Below are positions 24,344 through 32,000 of a DNA stretch of 32,000 nt, one piece after another (positions within the stretch are counted from its first letter, which is position 1; each line of letters starts with the position of its first letter). The notes beneath the pieces are model-generated. The model was given only the letters and a program-made list of their open reading frames with translations, was not told the DNA's origin and ran no database searches. The position numbers and the translations under genes are program-made. The DNA is from Psychrobacter cryohalolentis K5 (GTDB lineage Bacteria > Pseudomonadota > Gammaproteobacteria > Pseudomonadales > Moraxellaceae), in NCBI RefSeq assembly GCF_000013905.1, contig NC_007969.1, positions 2,220,001-2,252,000 on the forward strand, in the 5' to 3' direction.

Positions 24344-24622
24344 TTACGTTCTGTAAAGCACTTTAACCACATGCCAGCCAAATTTGGTTTTCACTAAGTG
24401 TGGAGTGAGGAGTTCGCCGCTGAAGCAGATTTTATCAAACGGCGGTACCATATCGCCTTGCTTAAATTCACCTAAGCTGCCGCCTTTTTTAGCTGATGGG
24501 CAGGTTGAGTATTTCTTAGCCAACACATCAAACATGTTGCCTTTTTTAAGCTTGGCAAGGATATCTTCAGCTTGTTCTTTGTCTTTTACTAAAATGTGTA
24601 ATGCGCTAGCTGTACGAGCCAT
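24344..24622 (-). CDS. ppiC: Parvulin-type peptidyl-prolyl cis-trans isomerase C
   Basis: The 92-aa protein MARTASALHILVKDKEQAEDILAKLKKG..F..LAKKYS.CPS.KKGG.LGEF.QG.MVP.FDK..F.......VKT.FGWH..KVLYR is near-collinear with E. coli PpiC. Confidence 0.92.
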   Translation of the reverse strand: MARTASALHILVKDKEQAEDILAKLKKGNMFDVLAKKYSTCPSAKKGGSLGEFKQGDMVPPFDKICFSGELLTPHLVKTKFGWHVVKVLYRT

Positions 24623-24901
24623 AAGGTAAACCCTTTATAAAATATCGATTGTCGGGGCATTATATCATTACTTACCTTGGTTGCTAACTTTACTGGTCTT
24701 CGCTACTTCATCAAAAGTCATTATCTGTCTTTTAAGTGTCAGTACAATGCATCTAACAGACACCCATAAACAGTTTAATCTGAGCTAAAAGTAATTGGCA
24801 GCTTATGTACCCAGTGCTTATAAAGTCGATTTATTAATCGCTGCTAGCCATTGTAACTTAGTCAGCGGAAGACAATAAAGTGGAGCTTGTGTAAGAATTT
24901 T

Positions 24902-24943
24902 AGTATTTATATTGCAGTATTTATATTGCAGTATTTATATTGC
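24902..24943. repeat. Perfect 14-nt tandem repeat x3 (agtatttatattgc)
   Basis: Read directly. The three units are 24902-24915, 24916-24929 and 24930-24943. The array lies between the ohr terminator and the ppiC upstream region. Confidence 0.95.
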
Positions 24944-24957
24944 TTAGTACCATAAAA

Positions 24958-24990
24958 AATTGCTTGGCTACTCTAGGTAGCCAAGCAATT
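24958..24990 (-). terminator. Rho-independent terminator of ohr (14-bp perfect stem)
   Basis: The sequence is aattgcttggctac-tctag-gtagccaagcaatt. It is flanked by aaaaaa upstream and tttaaatttt downstream on the plus strand, so a T-run follows it on the minus strand. It lies about 60 nt after the ohr stop. Confidence 0.8.
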
Positions 24991-25051
24991 TTAAATTTTA
25001 TTATTGTTGTATTATTTTTTATAGTTATTGGCTTTTAATGACAAACGCTAT

Positions 25052-25465
25052 TTAAACAATCGTAACATGCAAGCGCACATCAACATTGCCACGAGTGGCA
25101 TTAGAGTATGGGCAAACTTGATGAGCCGTCTCGATTAGAGTTTGTGCTTGCGATTCATCAATACCAGATACTTCGACAGCCAGCTCTATATCTAAGTTAT
25201 AGCTATTATCAGCTTTCATACCAATACCAACTTGGGCAGATGTTTTCGAAGCGGTTACGGGTAGTTTCATTTGTTGTGCAGTCATATTTAGCGCACTATC
25301 AAAACACGCAGCGTAACCCATCGCAAACAGCTGCTCTGGATTCACCCCCTCTTTATCTTTTTCTTGAAAGGATACCAAATCAAAACCGAGCGAACCATCG
25401 TCAAGACCTGTATGTCCAGAACGACCACCAGTTGCTGTAGCACGAGTTTTATAAAATATTTTCAT
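25052..25465 (-). CDS. ohr: Organic hydroperoxide resistance protein (OsmC/Ohr family, Ohr subfamily)
   Basis: 137 aa. TATGGRSGH, NPEQLFAMGYAACFDSAL and HQVCPYSNATRGN carry the two conserved catalytic Cys in Ohr-type context. Confidence 0.92.
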   Translation of the reverse strand: MKIFYKTRATATGGRSGHTGLDDGSLGFDLVSFQEKDKEGVNPEQLFAMGYAACFDSALNMTAQQMKLPVTASKTSAQVGIGMKADNSYNLDIELAVEVSGIDESQAQTLIETAHQVCPYSNATRGNVDVRLHVTIV

Positions 25466-25637
25466 TATGCGTTCCTTATGTAGACTTATTGAATATGATT
25501 AAAATCAGACTTGATACGTCGTGATAGGATTATTATAGATACGCAACCAACAATTCGTTAGAACAGTCCTACAAAACTCTTGCCTAATTATCCAAAAATT
25601 TATATTATCAAGCAAACCTAAAAGTAAGCGAAAAATT

Positions 25638-26492
25638 ATGCAGTTAAAGACCATTGAGCAGTTACTTAAAATATTACTCAAAAATAAAACGATCGAATCT
25701 ACTATTCCAAACTTATTTTTCTATTGCGCTGACAGACCAAGTAAAACCGTCAGCTATATTCAAGAGCCTAGCATATGTATCGTCCTACAAGGCGAGCGCG
25801 AGATTTACTTAGGAAAAGATTGCCAAAAATTTGACAATAGCAGCCTGATGTTTTGCCCTGTCGATATTCCTTTAAGTATGCATATTAAGCATGCTTCGTC
25901 AGACCATCCTGTCATCGTTTTATCAATGAAATTAAATCTTGTGATGATTCAAGAAGTACTCGCTAGAATACCGCCTCAACAACAAGTAAAAGAAGGTTAT
26001 TTGGGAATAAAATGGCAATTAGATGACGCTATAATGCAAGCGTTTGAGCGATTGGTAAACTTACTTGATTGTCCAAATGATACTGGTTTTTTATCTTCTT
26101 TAATACAGCAAGAAATTTATTATCGCCTGCTCTCGGCACAACAAGGGAATAAGTTGCGACAACTGGTCATCAATGGCAGTCATACTCACCGTATTGCACA
26201 AGCAACCGATTGGCTAAAAGCGCATTTAGACGAACCTGTGGTGATTGGAGACTTGGCGAGCCGATGTGGTATGAGTATCTCAGGTTTTCACCAACACTTT
26301 AAAGAGATTACACAGTTGAGTCCGCTACAGTATCAAAAAAAATTACGATTAATGGAAGCGAGGCGTCTGATCATAACCAATGACTCTCAAATATCACAGA
26401 TTGCCATGCAAGTAGGCTACGAAAGCCCCAGCCAATTTAGCCGAGAATATAAACGATTATTTGGAAACAGTCCAAATAGCGATTTGAGTTAA
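25638..26492 (+). CDS. AraC family transcriptional regulator (AraC_N-type ligand domain plus C-terminal HTH_18)
   Basis: The C-terminal DLASRCGMSISGFHQHFKEITQLSPLQYQKKLRLMEARRL...IAMQVGYESPSQFSREYKRLFG is a canonical AraC dual HTH. Confidence 0.9.
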   Translation: MQLKTIEQLLKILLKNKTIESTIPNLFFYCADRPSKTVSYIQEPSICIVLQGEREIYLGKDCQKFDNSSLMFCPVDIPLSMHIKHASSDHPVIVLSMKLNLVMIQEVLARIPPQQQVKEGYLGIKWQLDDAIMQAFERLVNLLDCPNDTGFLSSLIQQEIYYRLLSAQQGNKLRQLVINGSHTHRIAQATDWLKAHLDEPVVIGDLASRCGMSISGFHQHFKEITQLSPLQYQKKLRLMEARRLIITNDSQISQIAMQVGYESPSQFSREYKRLFGNSPNSDLS

Positions 26493-26550
26493 GGGGTTGA
26501 AAAAACTGGTGAAGTTATTACTGCAAATGAGTATTTTTTGAAATGGTAAT

Positions 26551-26580
26551 CTTCCAGGTTGATGTCTTCCAAGTTAATGT
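26551..26580. repeat. 15-nt tandem direct repeat x2 (cttccaggttgatgt / cttccaagttaatgt)
   Basis: Read directly. There are two G/A mismatches. It lies in the convergent AraC/truC intergenic region. Confidence 0.9.
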
Positions 26581-26693
26581 CTACGAATTTGACAGCAAAT
26601 GTCAGTTCAAGTCCTCACTATGAACTTGAAACTTCTGCTATAACGCTATAGTCAGTCCTAAATAAAAGAAAAAGAAATACAAATATTATCAAT

Positions 26694-26767
26694 CACTACT
26701 GGGGTTAATTTTTCTTGCTTGCTGTGCCTATACAGACAGAGGCTGCGAATAATTAACCCCAGTAGTG
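26694..26767. repeat. 74-bp element bounded by perfect 17-bp inverted repeats (cactactggggttaatt ... aattaaccccagtagtg)
   Basis: Read directly. The arms are 26694-26710 and 26751-26767, with a 40-nt spacer. No adjacent T-tract is present on either strand. Confidence 0.9.
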
Positions 26768-26901
26768 CTGTACTCCTTTAACAATGGATCAACTATAGTG
26801 TTTTTGGTCTTTATTATTTTAAAACCCGCTAACTACACTAAGACCTGTATGTCGACTGTTTTGATATGACTTTTGAAGATAAACCCTAAACTTTACGCTG
26901 C

Positions 26902-27672
26902 TTAAACTTTAGCGCTCTCTACCCAAGCAAACTCTTCCATAATTCGCAGCCATTGATCGTCTAATCCCGCTTTTAGTAACAATGGCTCACCAGTGACCGG
27001 ATGGCTGAGCGCTAAAGTCTGAGCATGCAGTAGCATGCGCGCGCAACCATATTGAGTACGAAAAAATCGATTGTGCCTTCCATCGCCGTGGCTGGTATCA
27101 CCCACGATATGATGGAATAAATGTCTCATATGCCGACGCAGTTGATGCTTACGTCCGGTCTCGGGGGTTAAGCGCATTAGACTATAGCGGCTCGTGTCAT
27201 GCTTTTTTGACACCGCAAATGGCAACTCAATTTGTGCCAAACTTTGCCAATGGGTTACCGCCTCTTGAGCCGGTTTATCCAAATTAGCGAACTTATCGGC
27301 AATAGCATCGGGCTGAAAGCTCAACGCATAATCAACGGTGCCTTGTTCTGACATATAGCCGCGCACCACAGCTAAATATTGCTTGGTCACTTTGTGTTCA
27401 GTAAAAGCCTCCGTAAGGCTGCGCGCCACGGCTGAGCTCTTGGCAAACAACAACACGCCTGACGTAGGCTTGTCTAACCTATGCACCGGAAATACATGGC
27501 AACCTACCGCATCACGGGTGAGCTGCATGGCAAAGCGTGTCTCGCCTTTATCCAGCCAACTGCGATGCACCAACAGCCCAGCCTCTTTATTAATCGCCAC
27601 CAGAAATTCATCTTCATAGATGATTTCTATTTGATTAGCGATTTGATTGGCGGTGTCGCTTTCGATATTCAT
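26902..27672 (-). CDS. truC: tRNA pseudouridine(65) synthase, RluA family
   Basis: 256 aa. IIYEDEFLVAINKEAGLLVHRSWLD, HRLDKPTSGVLLFAKS (catalytic Asp motif), TGRKHQLRRHM and HGDGRHNR are collinear with E. coli TruC. Confidence 0.85.
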   Translation of the reverse strand: MNIESDTANQIANQIEIIYEDEFLVAINKEAGLLVHRSWLDKGETRFAMQLTRDAVGCHVFPVHRLDKPTSGVLLFAKSSAVARSLTEAFTEHKVTKQYLAVVRGYMSEQGTVDYALSFQPDAIADKFANLDKPAQEAVTHWQSLAQIELPFAVSKKHDTSRYSLMRLTPETGRKHQLRRHMRHLFHHIVGDTSHGDGRHNRFFRTQYGCARMLLHAQTLALSHPVTGEPLLLKAGLDDQWLRIMEEFAWVESAKV

Positions 27673-27931
27673 GTTTTCAGTGCCTATATTTTAGATATCA
27701 TAATTATATATCTTTTTTAGCAAACGCTACCAATTCACGTATAAAAGGTATTCCAATAATTTTGCCCATATTTCTTGCCTATCATATAACTTTCAATCTC
27801 ACGCGCTTTTAACCGCCTCGGTATTGCCGTTAACTTATATCCGCTAACTTCTTTAATATGCGAAGTCACCCATGCTACACTTTAGAAGATAGCTTACCAG
27901 CCTTTATCGTCTCATTATTGTGCTGATTCGC

Positions 27932-27962
27932 TTTTATCAAAGATACTAAGTCTTTGATAAAA
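27932..27962. promoter_or_regulatory. Perfect 12-bp inverted repeat with 7-nt spacer upstream of ppc (candidate operator or RNA hairpin)
   Basis: The sequence is ttttatcaaaga-tactaag-tctttgataaaa. It ends 122 nt upstream of the ppc ATG. Confidence 0.3.
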
Positions 27963-28084
27963 TTTAATATTAGTCCTATTCACTGCTCATTACTAAACAT
28001 TATATTAAGCAGTATTTTTCTTTATACAACATTACAGATTTGCTGCTTCACTATTTTTTAATTAATTTAAGGAGAAGGTCAAGG

Positions 28085-30865
28085 ATGATAATAGATAATG
28101 ACATATTACGTGAACGCATTAGTTTATTAGGTTCCTTCCTAGGGGATGCGATTTCTCGCCAGACTGGTGAACAAACGCTGCATACTATTGAAACGCTGCG
28201 CAAAGGTTTTATTCAACAGCGCCGTGAGCCTAATGAAGCTCATAAGCAGAAGCTCATCGATTTTATTGCCTCTTTGGACAATCAATCCTTAAAAAATGTC
28301 ATCCGCAGCTTTTCTATCTACTTTTTCTTAGCCAATCTAAGTGAAGAGAATTATCTACGTGAAGAGCGCCATGCATTACGTATGCAATCAGAGCAGAGCT
28401 GGGAAGGATCGTTTCGCCGTACTTTACTAGAGTGTCGTGAGCGCAATATTGAGCCAGCACAGATGCAAGAGCTCATTGAGCAACTAAAATTCATCCCTGT
28501 ATTTACCGCCCATCCTACTGAAGCGCGTCGACGTACAACGATGAACTTATTACAAGGTTTATTTACGCATAGCGATGCCTTAAATAACGTTGCACAAAAC
28601 AGTTTTGCCTACGAGCAAGCCAGAGAAAAAACGGCGCAAACGATTGATCTGCTATGGTCGTCTGATGAAGTGCGGACGCGTAAGCCTTTGGTCTATGACG
28701 AAATAAATAATGGTCTGCATTATTTCAATGCCAGTTTATTCAACGCCATTCCCAAGGTTTATCGTAATATTAAAAACGCTATTATTGATATCTATCCTGA
28801 GCTAACAGACTACCCTCTACCTGCTATCATAAGCTTTGGCTCTTGGATCGGTGGCGATAGAGATGGCAATCCCTTTGTCACTCATGACACTACAGAAATG
28901 GCCGTATTGATGCATGCAGATACTGTATTGCGTCACTATCAAGTGTTGCTTAAGAAACTACGTCGTCAGCTTATTCATAGTGATACGATTGTTACTATCG
29001 AACCTGATGTGTATGCCAAGATTGAAAGTTATAGTGAGCTCGACAGACGAGTCTTTGATTACAATCTTGATGATTACGGCAATGAACCTTATCGCAGATT
29101 CCTCTCCTTAATCCTGAATAAAGTCAAAGCCACCAATCTTTTAATCCAAAGCAAAGGGAGTGATACTGAGGCTAAAAAAGATGCCTACGCCAATCCACAA
29201 GAACTATTAGAAGACTTACGCATCATCCGTCAAAGTGTGAATACTCATGATACTGCACATGGCGAAGGCTTACTACTCGATATAATACGTTTGGTCAAAA
29301 CCTGTGGCTTCCATTTGGCAGCGCTCGATATTCGCCAAGAGTCGTCTTATCATAGCGAAGTGATTGCCGATATTTTTGCCAATGCTTCTAACTTGCCTGA
29401 CTATCAAAGCCTCAATGAAACCGAGCGCCAAGAATGGCTAACGCGCCTGCTTGAGAAACCAGGCACACCGCTTATTTATACCGATAATTTAACGGATAAA
29501 ACCCGTGAACAATTGGCCTTGATGCACTCAGTAGCGACTTTACGCAAACTGGTTGGGCAAGATACTTTTGGCAGTTATGTTATCTCAATGACCAATAACG
29601 CCAGTCAATTATTAGAAGTATTGCTACTCATGCGCTTTGCAGGCTTATGTAGAGTGGATGACGAAGGGCGACTGTCTGCCGACTTGCCCGTAGCACCGTT
29701 ATTTGAGACCATCGAAGATCTTAAAAACATCGATCAGATCCTGCCTGCGGTTTTAGATAATCCGCTGTATCGAGGGTTGCTACGACACTCAGATAACACT
29801 CAAGAAATCATGCTGGGCTATTCAGATTCATCAAAGGATGGTGGCATCATTACTTCTGCATGGCAGCTTTATAGCGCGCAGCAGACCATAAATAGTATTG
29901 CTGAAAAATACGGTATCAAAACCCGCCTATTTCATGGTCGCGGTGGCTCAGTAAGTCGTGGTGGCGGCTCAACTCATAAAGCGATTGCCGCGCAACCCGC
30001 TGGTACACTGCATGGGCAAATCAAAGTGACCGAACAAGGCGAAGTCCTTTATGCCAAATATGCCAACACTGATACCGCTGTATTTGAGCTGACCATGGGC
30101 ATCACTGGCACGCTTAAAGCTTGCTCCTCAAGATTCGTGGTGCAACCGCCTGAACTGCCACATTATGAAGCGCTCTTTGCGCGTTTAGCAGATGCAGGTG
30201 AGCAGCGTTATCGCAAGCTAACGGATCATACCGAAGGGTTTTATCAGTTCTACTCTCAAGCGACGCCAGTGGCAGAAATCTCTTTATTAAATATTGGCTC
30301 ACGCCCAGCACATCGTAATAAAGGCTTACCAAGCAAAACAACCTTGCGCGCAATTCCTTGGGTATTTGGCTGGTCATTAGCGCGCTTTACACTGCCCGCT
30401 TGGTATGGTGTCGGCAGTGCGTTGCATAGCGTCATCGATGATGAAGCACTGATGAAAGAAATGATTGACTGCTGGCCATTTTTTAACGTGTTTATTAGCA
30501 ATATTGAAATGGCGTTTACCAAGTCTGATATGAGTATTGCTCATGCTTATAGCCAATTATGTGACGATGAGAGGTTACGTGAACAGATTATGACAGCGGT
30601 GACGGATGAGCACGAGCTTACCCATTCAGGTTTAAACTCTTTGCTTAACCAAGAGTCGTTATTGGAGCATCAGCAGAATCTTGCCGCTTCTCTTGAATGG
30701 CGTAATGCGTATTTAGATCCAACCAACTATATCCAAATTGAGCTATTGAAGCGTGCCAGACAAAAAGACGCTACAAGCGATACCAATCATGGTGACCTCG
30801 ACGTTGAAGATCCATTAATCCGTAGTATTAATGCCTTGGCAGCAGGTCTACGCAATACAGGGTAA
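28085..30865 (+). CDS. ppc: Phosphoenolpyruvate carboxylase
   Basis: 926 aa. VFTAHPTE, GSWIGGDRDGNP, MLGYSDSSKDGG, FHGRGGSVSRGG and the C-terminal AAGLRNTG are canonical PEPC motifs. I prefer ATG 28085, with AAGGAGAAGG upstream; the track ORF begins at an upstream TTG (28040). Confidence 0.95.
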   Translation: MIIDNDILRERISLLGSFLGDAISRQTGEQTLHTIETLRKGFIQQRREPNEAHKQKLIDFIASLDNQSLKNVIRSFSIYFFLANLSEENYLREERHALRMQSEQSWEGSFRRTLLECRERNIEPAQMQELIEQLKFIPVFTAHPTEARRRTTMNLLQGLFTHSDALNNVAQNSFAYEQAREKTAQTIDLLWSSDEVRTRKPLVYDEINNGLHYFNASLFNAIPKVYRNIKNAIIDIYPELTDYPLPAIISFGSWIGGDRDGNPFVTHDTTEMAVLMHADTVLRHYQVLLKKLRRQLIHSDTIVTIEPDVYAKIESYSELDRRVFDYNLDDYGNEPYRRFLSLILNKVKATNLLIQSKGSDTEAKKDAYANPQELLEDLRIIRQSVNTHDTAHGEGLLLDIIRLVKTCGFHLAALDIRQESSYHSEVIADIFANASNLPDYQSLNETERQEWLTRLLEKPGTPLIYTDNLTDKTREQLALMHSVATLRKLVGQDTFGSYVISMTNNASQLLEVLLLMRFAGLCRVDDEGRLSADLPVAPLFETIEDLKNIDQILPAVLDNPLYRGLLRHSDNTQEIMLGYSDSSKDGGIITSAWQLYSAQQTINSIAEKYGIKTRLFHGRGGSVSRGGGSTHKAIAAQPAGTLHGQIKVTEQGEVLYAKYANTDTAVFELTMGITGTLKACSSRFVVQPPELPHYEALFARLADAGEQRYRKLTDHTEGFYQFYSQATPVAEISLLNIGSRPAHRNKGLPSKTTLRAIPWVFGWSLARFTLPAWYGVGSALHSVIDDEALMKEMIDCWPFFNVFISNIEMAFTKSDMSIAHAYSQLCDDERLREQIMTAVTDEHELTHSGLNSLLNQESLLEHQQNLAASLEWRNAYLDPTNYIQIELLKRARQKDATSDTNHGDLDVEDPLIRSINALAAGLRNTG

Positions 30866-30891
30866 TGGATAACACAGAAAAATATATGCAA

Positions 30892-30933
30892 AAAAGACAG
30901 TACTTTTAGTATTTCCTAAAGGTACTGTCTTTT
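30892..30933. terminator. Long bidirectional rho-independent terminator between convergent ppc and the GntR gene
   Basis: aaaagacagtacttttag-tatttc-ctaaaggtactgtctttt forms an 18-bp stem with one G-U pair. It is flanked by an A-run and a T-run. Confidence 0.8.
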
Positions 30934-30986
30934 AATGTGTTTATCTCAAACGGTTACTTAATTATCAATATAGGTTTAATAAACGC

Positions 30987-31685
30987 CTAAATAATATTAA
31001 TCTCATAGCTGAACTTCTCTGCCAGCCCATAGGACTCTCTATATTCGATAGGATCACCTTCTAGATTCTTCGCAATGCGGCATACCTTAACTAAGTTTTC
31101 TTGCTTAGTATTGCCCAAATAATCGTCGCTGTGATCGGTTATAAAATACAGCGTCTCTACAGCAGACGACACAAATTGACCACACTTGGTATAGTAAAAA
31201 GGATAGAGAAGATTCTCGAAATCTTCAGGATTTAAGGTTGCAAAAGCTTGGAAGCGACTCTTAGGTAACCAAATTTTTTCACTTAACAAGACTCTGTCTT
31301 CAACCATACGCGTACGCTCTATATAAATGAGCGCTTTGTTTTTACCTATATTTAGTTTTTTATTAATGTCATCAATACCGTCTATAACTATGATTTTTTT
31401 AATTATGCCCGTCGGCGTGACATAGCGAGCATCTTTATCACGAAACTTAAAAAACCTTAATAGTGAGCTTGCAAAATCTGGACGTTTTAAGAAGGTGCCT
31501 TTGCCTTGCTGCTTTATTAACACCCCATCTTCTACCAATTTTTCGACCGCTTTACGGACGGTTCCTACAGATACTTCATACTTATCTGCAAACTCCTGCT
31601 CCGTCGGTAAGGGCGTGTTTTCATCCCACTTACTCTCTGTCAGTAACGTCTGTATATGCCATCGCACTTGCTCATAACGTGGCAT
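30987..31685 (-). CDS. GntR family transcriptional regulator, HutC/UTRA subfamily
   Basis: MPRYEQVRWHIQTLL......LPTEQEFADKYEVSVGTVRKAVEKLVEDGVLIKQQGKGTFL is a canonical GntR winged HTH, and the C-terminal part is UTRA-like. I prefer ATG 31685; the track ORF extends to 31766. Confidence 0.85.
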   Translation of the reverse strand: MPRYEQVRWHIQTLLTESKWDENTPLPTEQEFADKYEVSVGTVRKAVEKLVEDGVLIKQQGKGTFLKRPDFASSLLRFFKFRDKDARYVTPTGIIKKIIVIDGIDDINKKLNIGKNKALIYIERTRMVEDRVLLSEKIWLPKSRFQAFATLNPEDFENLLYPFYYTKCGQFVSSAVETLYFITDHSDDYLGNTKQENLVKVCRIAKNLEGDPIEYRESYGLAEKFSYEINII

Positions 31686-32000
31686 CTTAAATTCTTTGAA
31701 ATTATTTAGCATTTTTTTCACCACAGTGGAAAGGTTTTTATTAACTGTTTCAATCTCGTCAAGCACTGCTATTGCTGTAAAACTACGTTATCCCTGATCA
31801 ACTTCTCTTAAGCTTTCAGCGCATTCGATCGGTATCACATTAATATTAAAGCATTATTATATTTTTATGATGAATCTTTCCTAATTAACGCCAACTTTTT
31901 TGCTATCATTCTATTCAAACAAATGCACTTTGAAGATTTATAAGCTCTTCTAGTCCAGAAAACCCTGTGTCAATATTAGCGTAATACTCTTTACTCTGTA

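Noticed and set aside
24902-24943. CRISPR array
   Set aside because: The 14-nt units are directly abutting with no spacers, and there are only three copies. This is a simple tandem repeat. No CRISPR-like repeat-spacer periodicity was seen anywhere in the window.
26694-26767. Integron attC site
   Set aside because: The length and imperfect-palindrome architecture are superficially attC-like. However, the core-like heptamers occur in the wrong order (GTTAATT first, AATTAAC last) and do not fit RYYYAAC / GTTRRRY. There is also no integrase or cassette context.
31951-32000. Possible 3' end of a minus-strand CDS running off the right edge (...YRVKSITLILTQGFLD*)
   Set aside because: Only about 16 codons are visible, which is too short to distinguish from chance. 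No call is made.

Overview
The window reads as a chromosomal segment from an AT-leaning gammaproteobacterium. Protein flavour and codon usage look Moraxellaceae-like (Psychrobacter/Acinetobacter), but this is inference only. I support about 30 genes, and positions 1564-22763 are almost entirely on the minus strand. Left to right: a partial ornithine cyclodeaminase-family gene with a divergent Lrp/AsnC regulator; a decayed IS3-family remnant; and a six-gene, translationally coupled operon joining otsB-otsA to an ACAD-fold protein, a PIG-L deacetylase, a NodS-like methyltransferase and a GT2 glycosyltransferase. Next come an AT-rich orphan gene; a PaoABC-like three-subunit molybdoenzyme cluster (2Fe-2S, FAD and Moco subunits, then XdhC and a MocA-like gene); a UvrA-like C-terminal relic; and a small, very basic, His-rich secreted protein. 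A LysR-controlled operon follows (RidA, KGSADH-like aldehyde dehydrogenase, atypical M19 'dipeptidase', BCCT transporter, and two coupled uncharacterised proteins of 576 and 241 aa). The right end carries ppiC, ohr, an AraC-type regulator, truC, ppc and a GntR/HutC-type regulator. I found no rRNA, tRNA or CRISPR array. The two best candidates for undescribed biology are the otsBA-linked amino-sugar-type tailoring cluster (1564-7499) and the BCCT operon with two unrecognisable coupled proteins and a ligand-substituted M19 homologue (15334-22763). Several short dispersed, tandem and inverted repeats in intergenic regions are also recorded. All functional calls rest on reading the translated ORFs and on motif recognition; no database search was possible.
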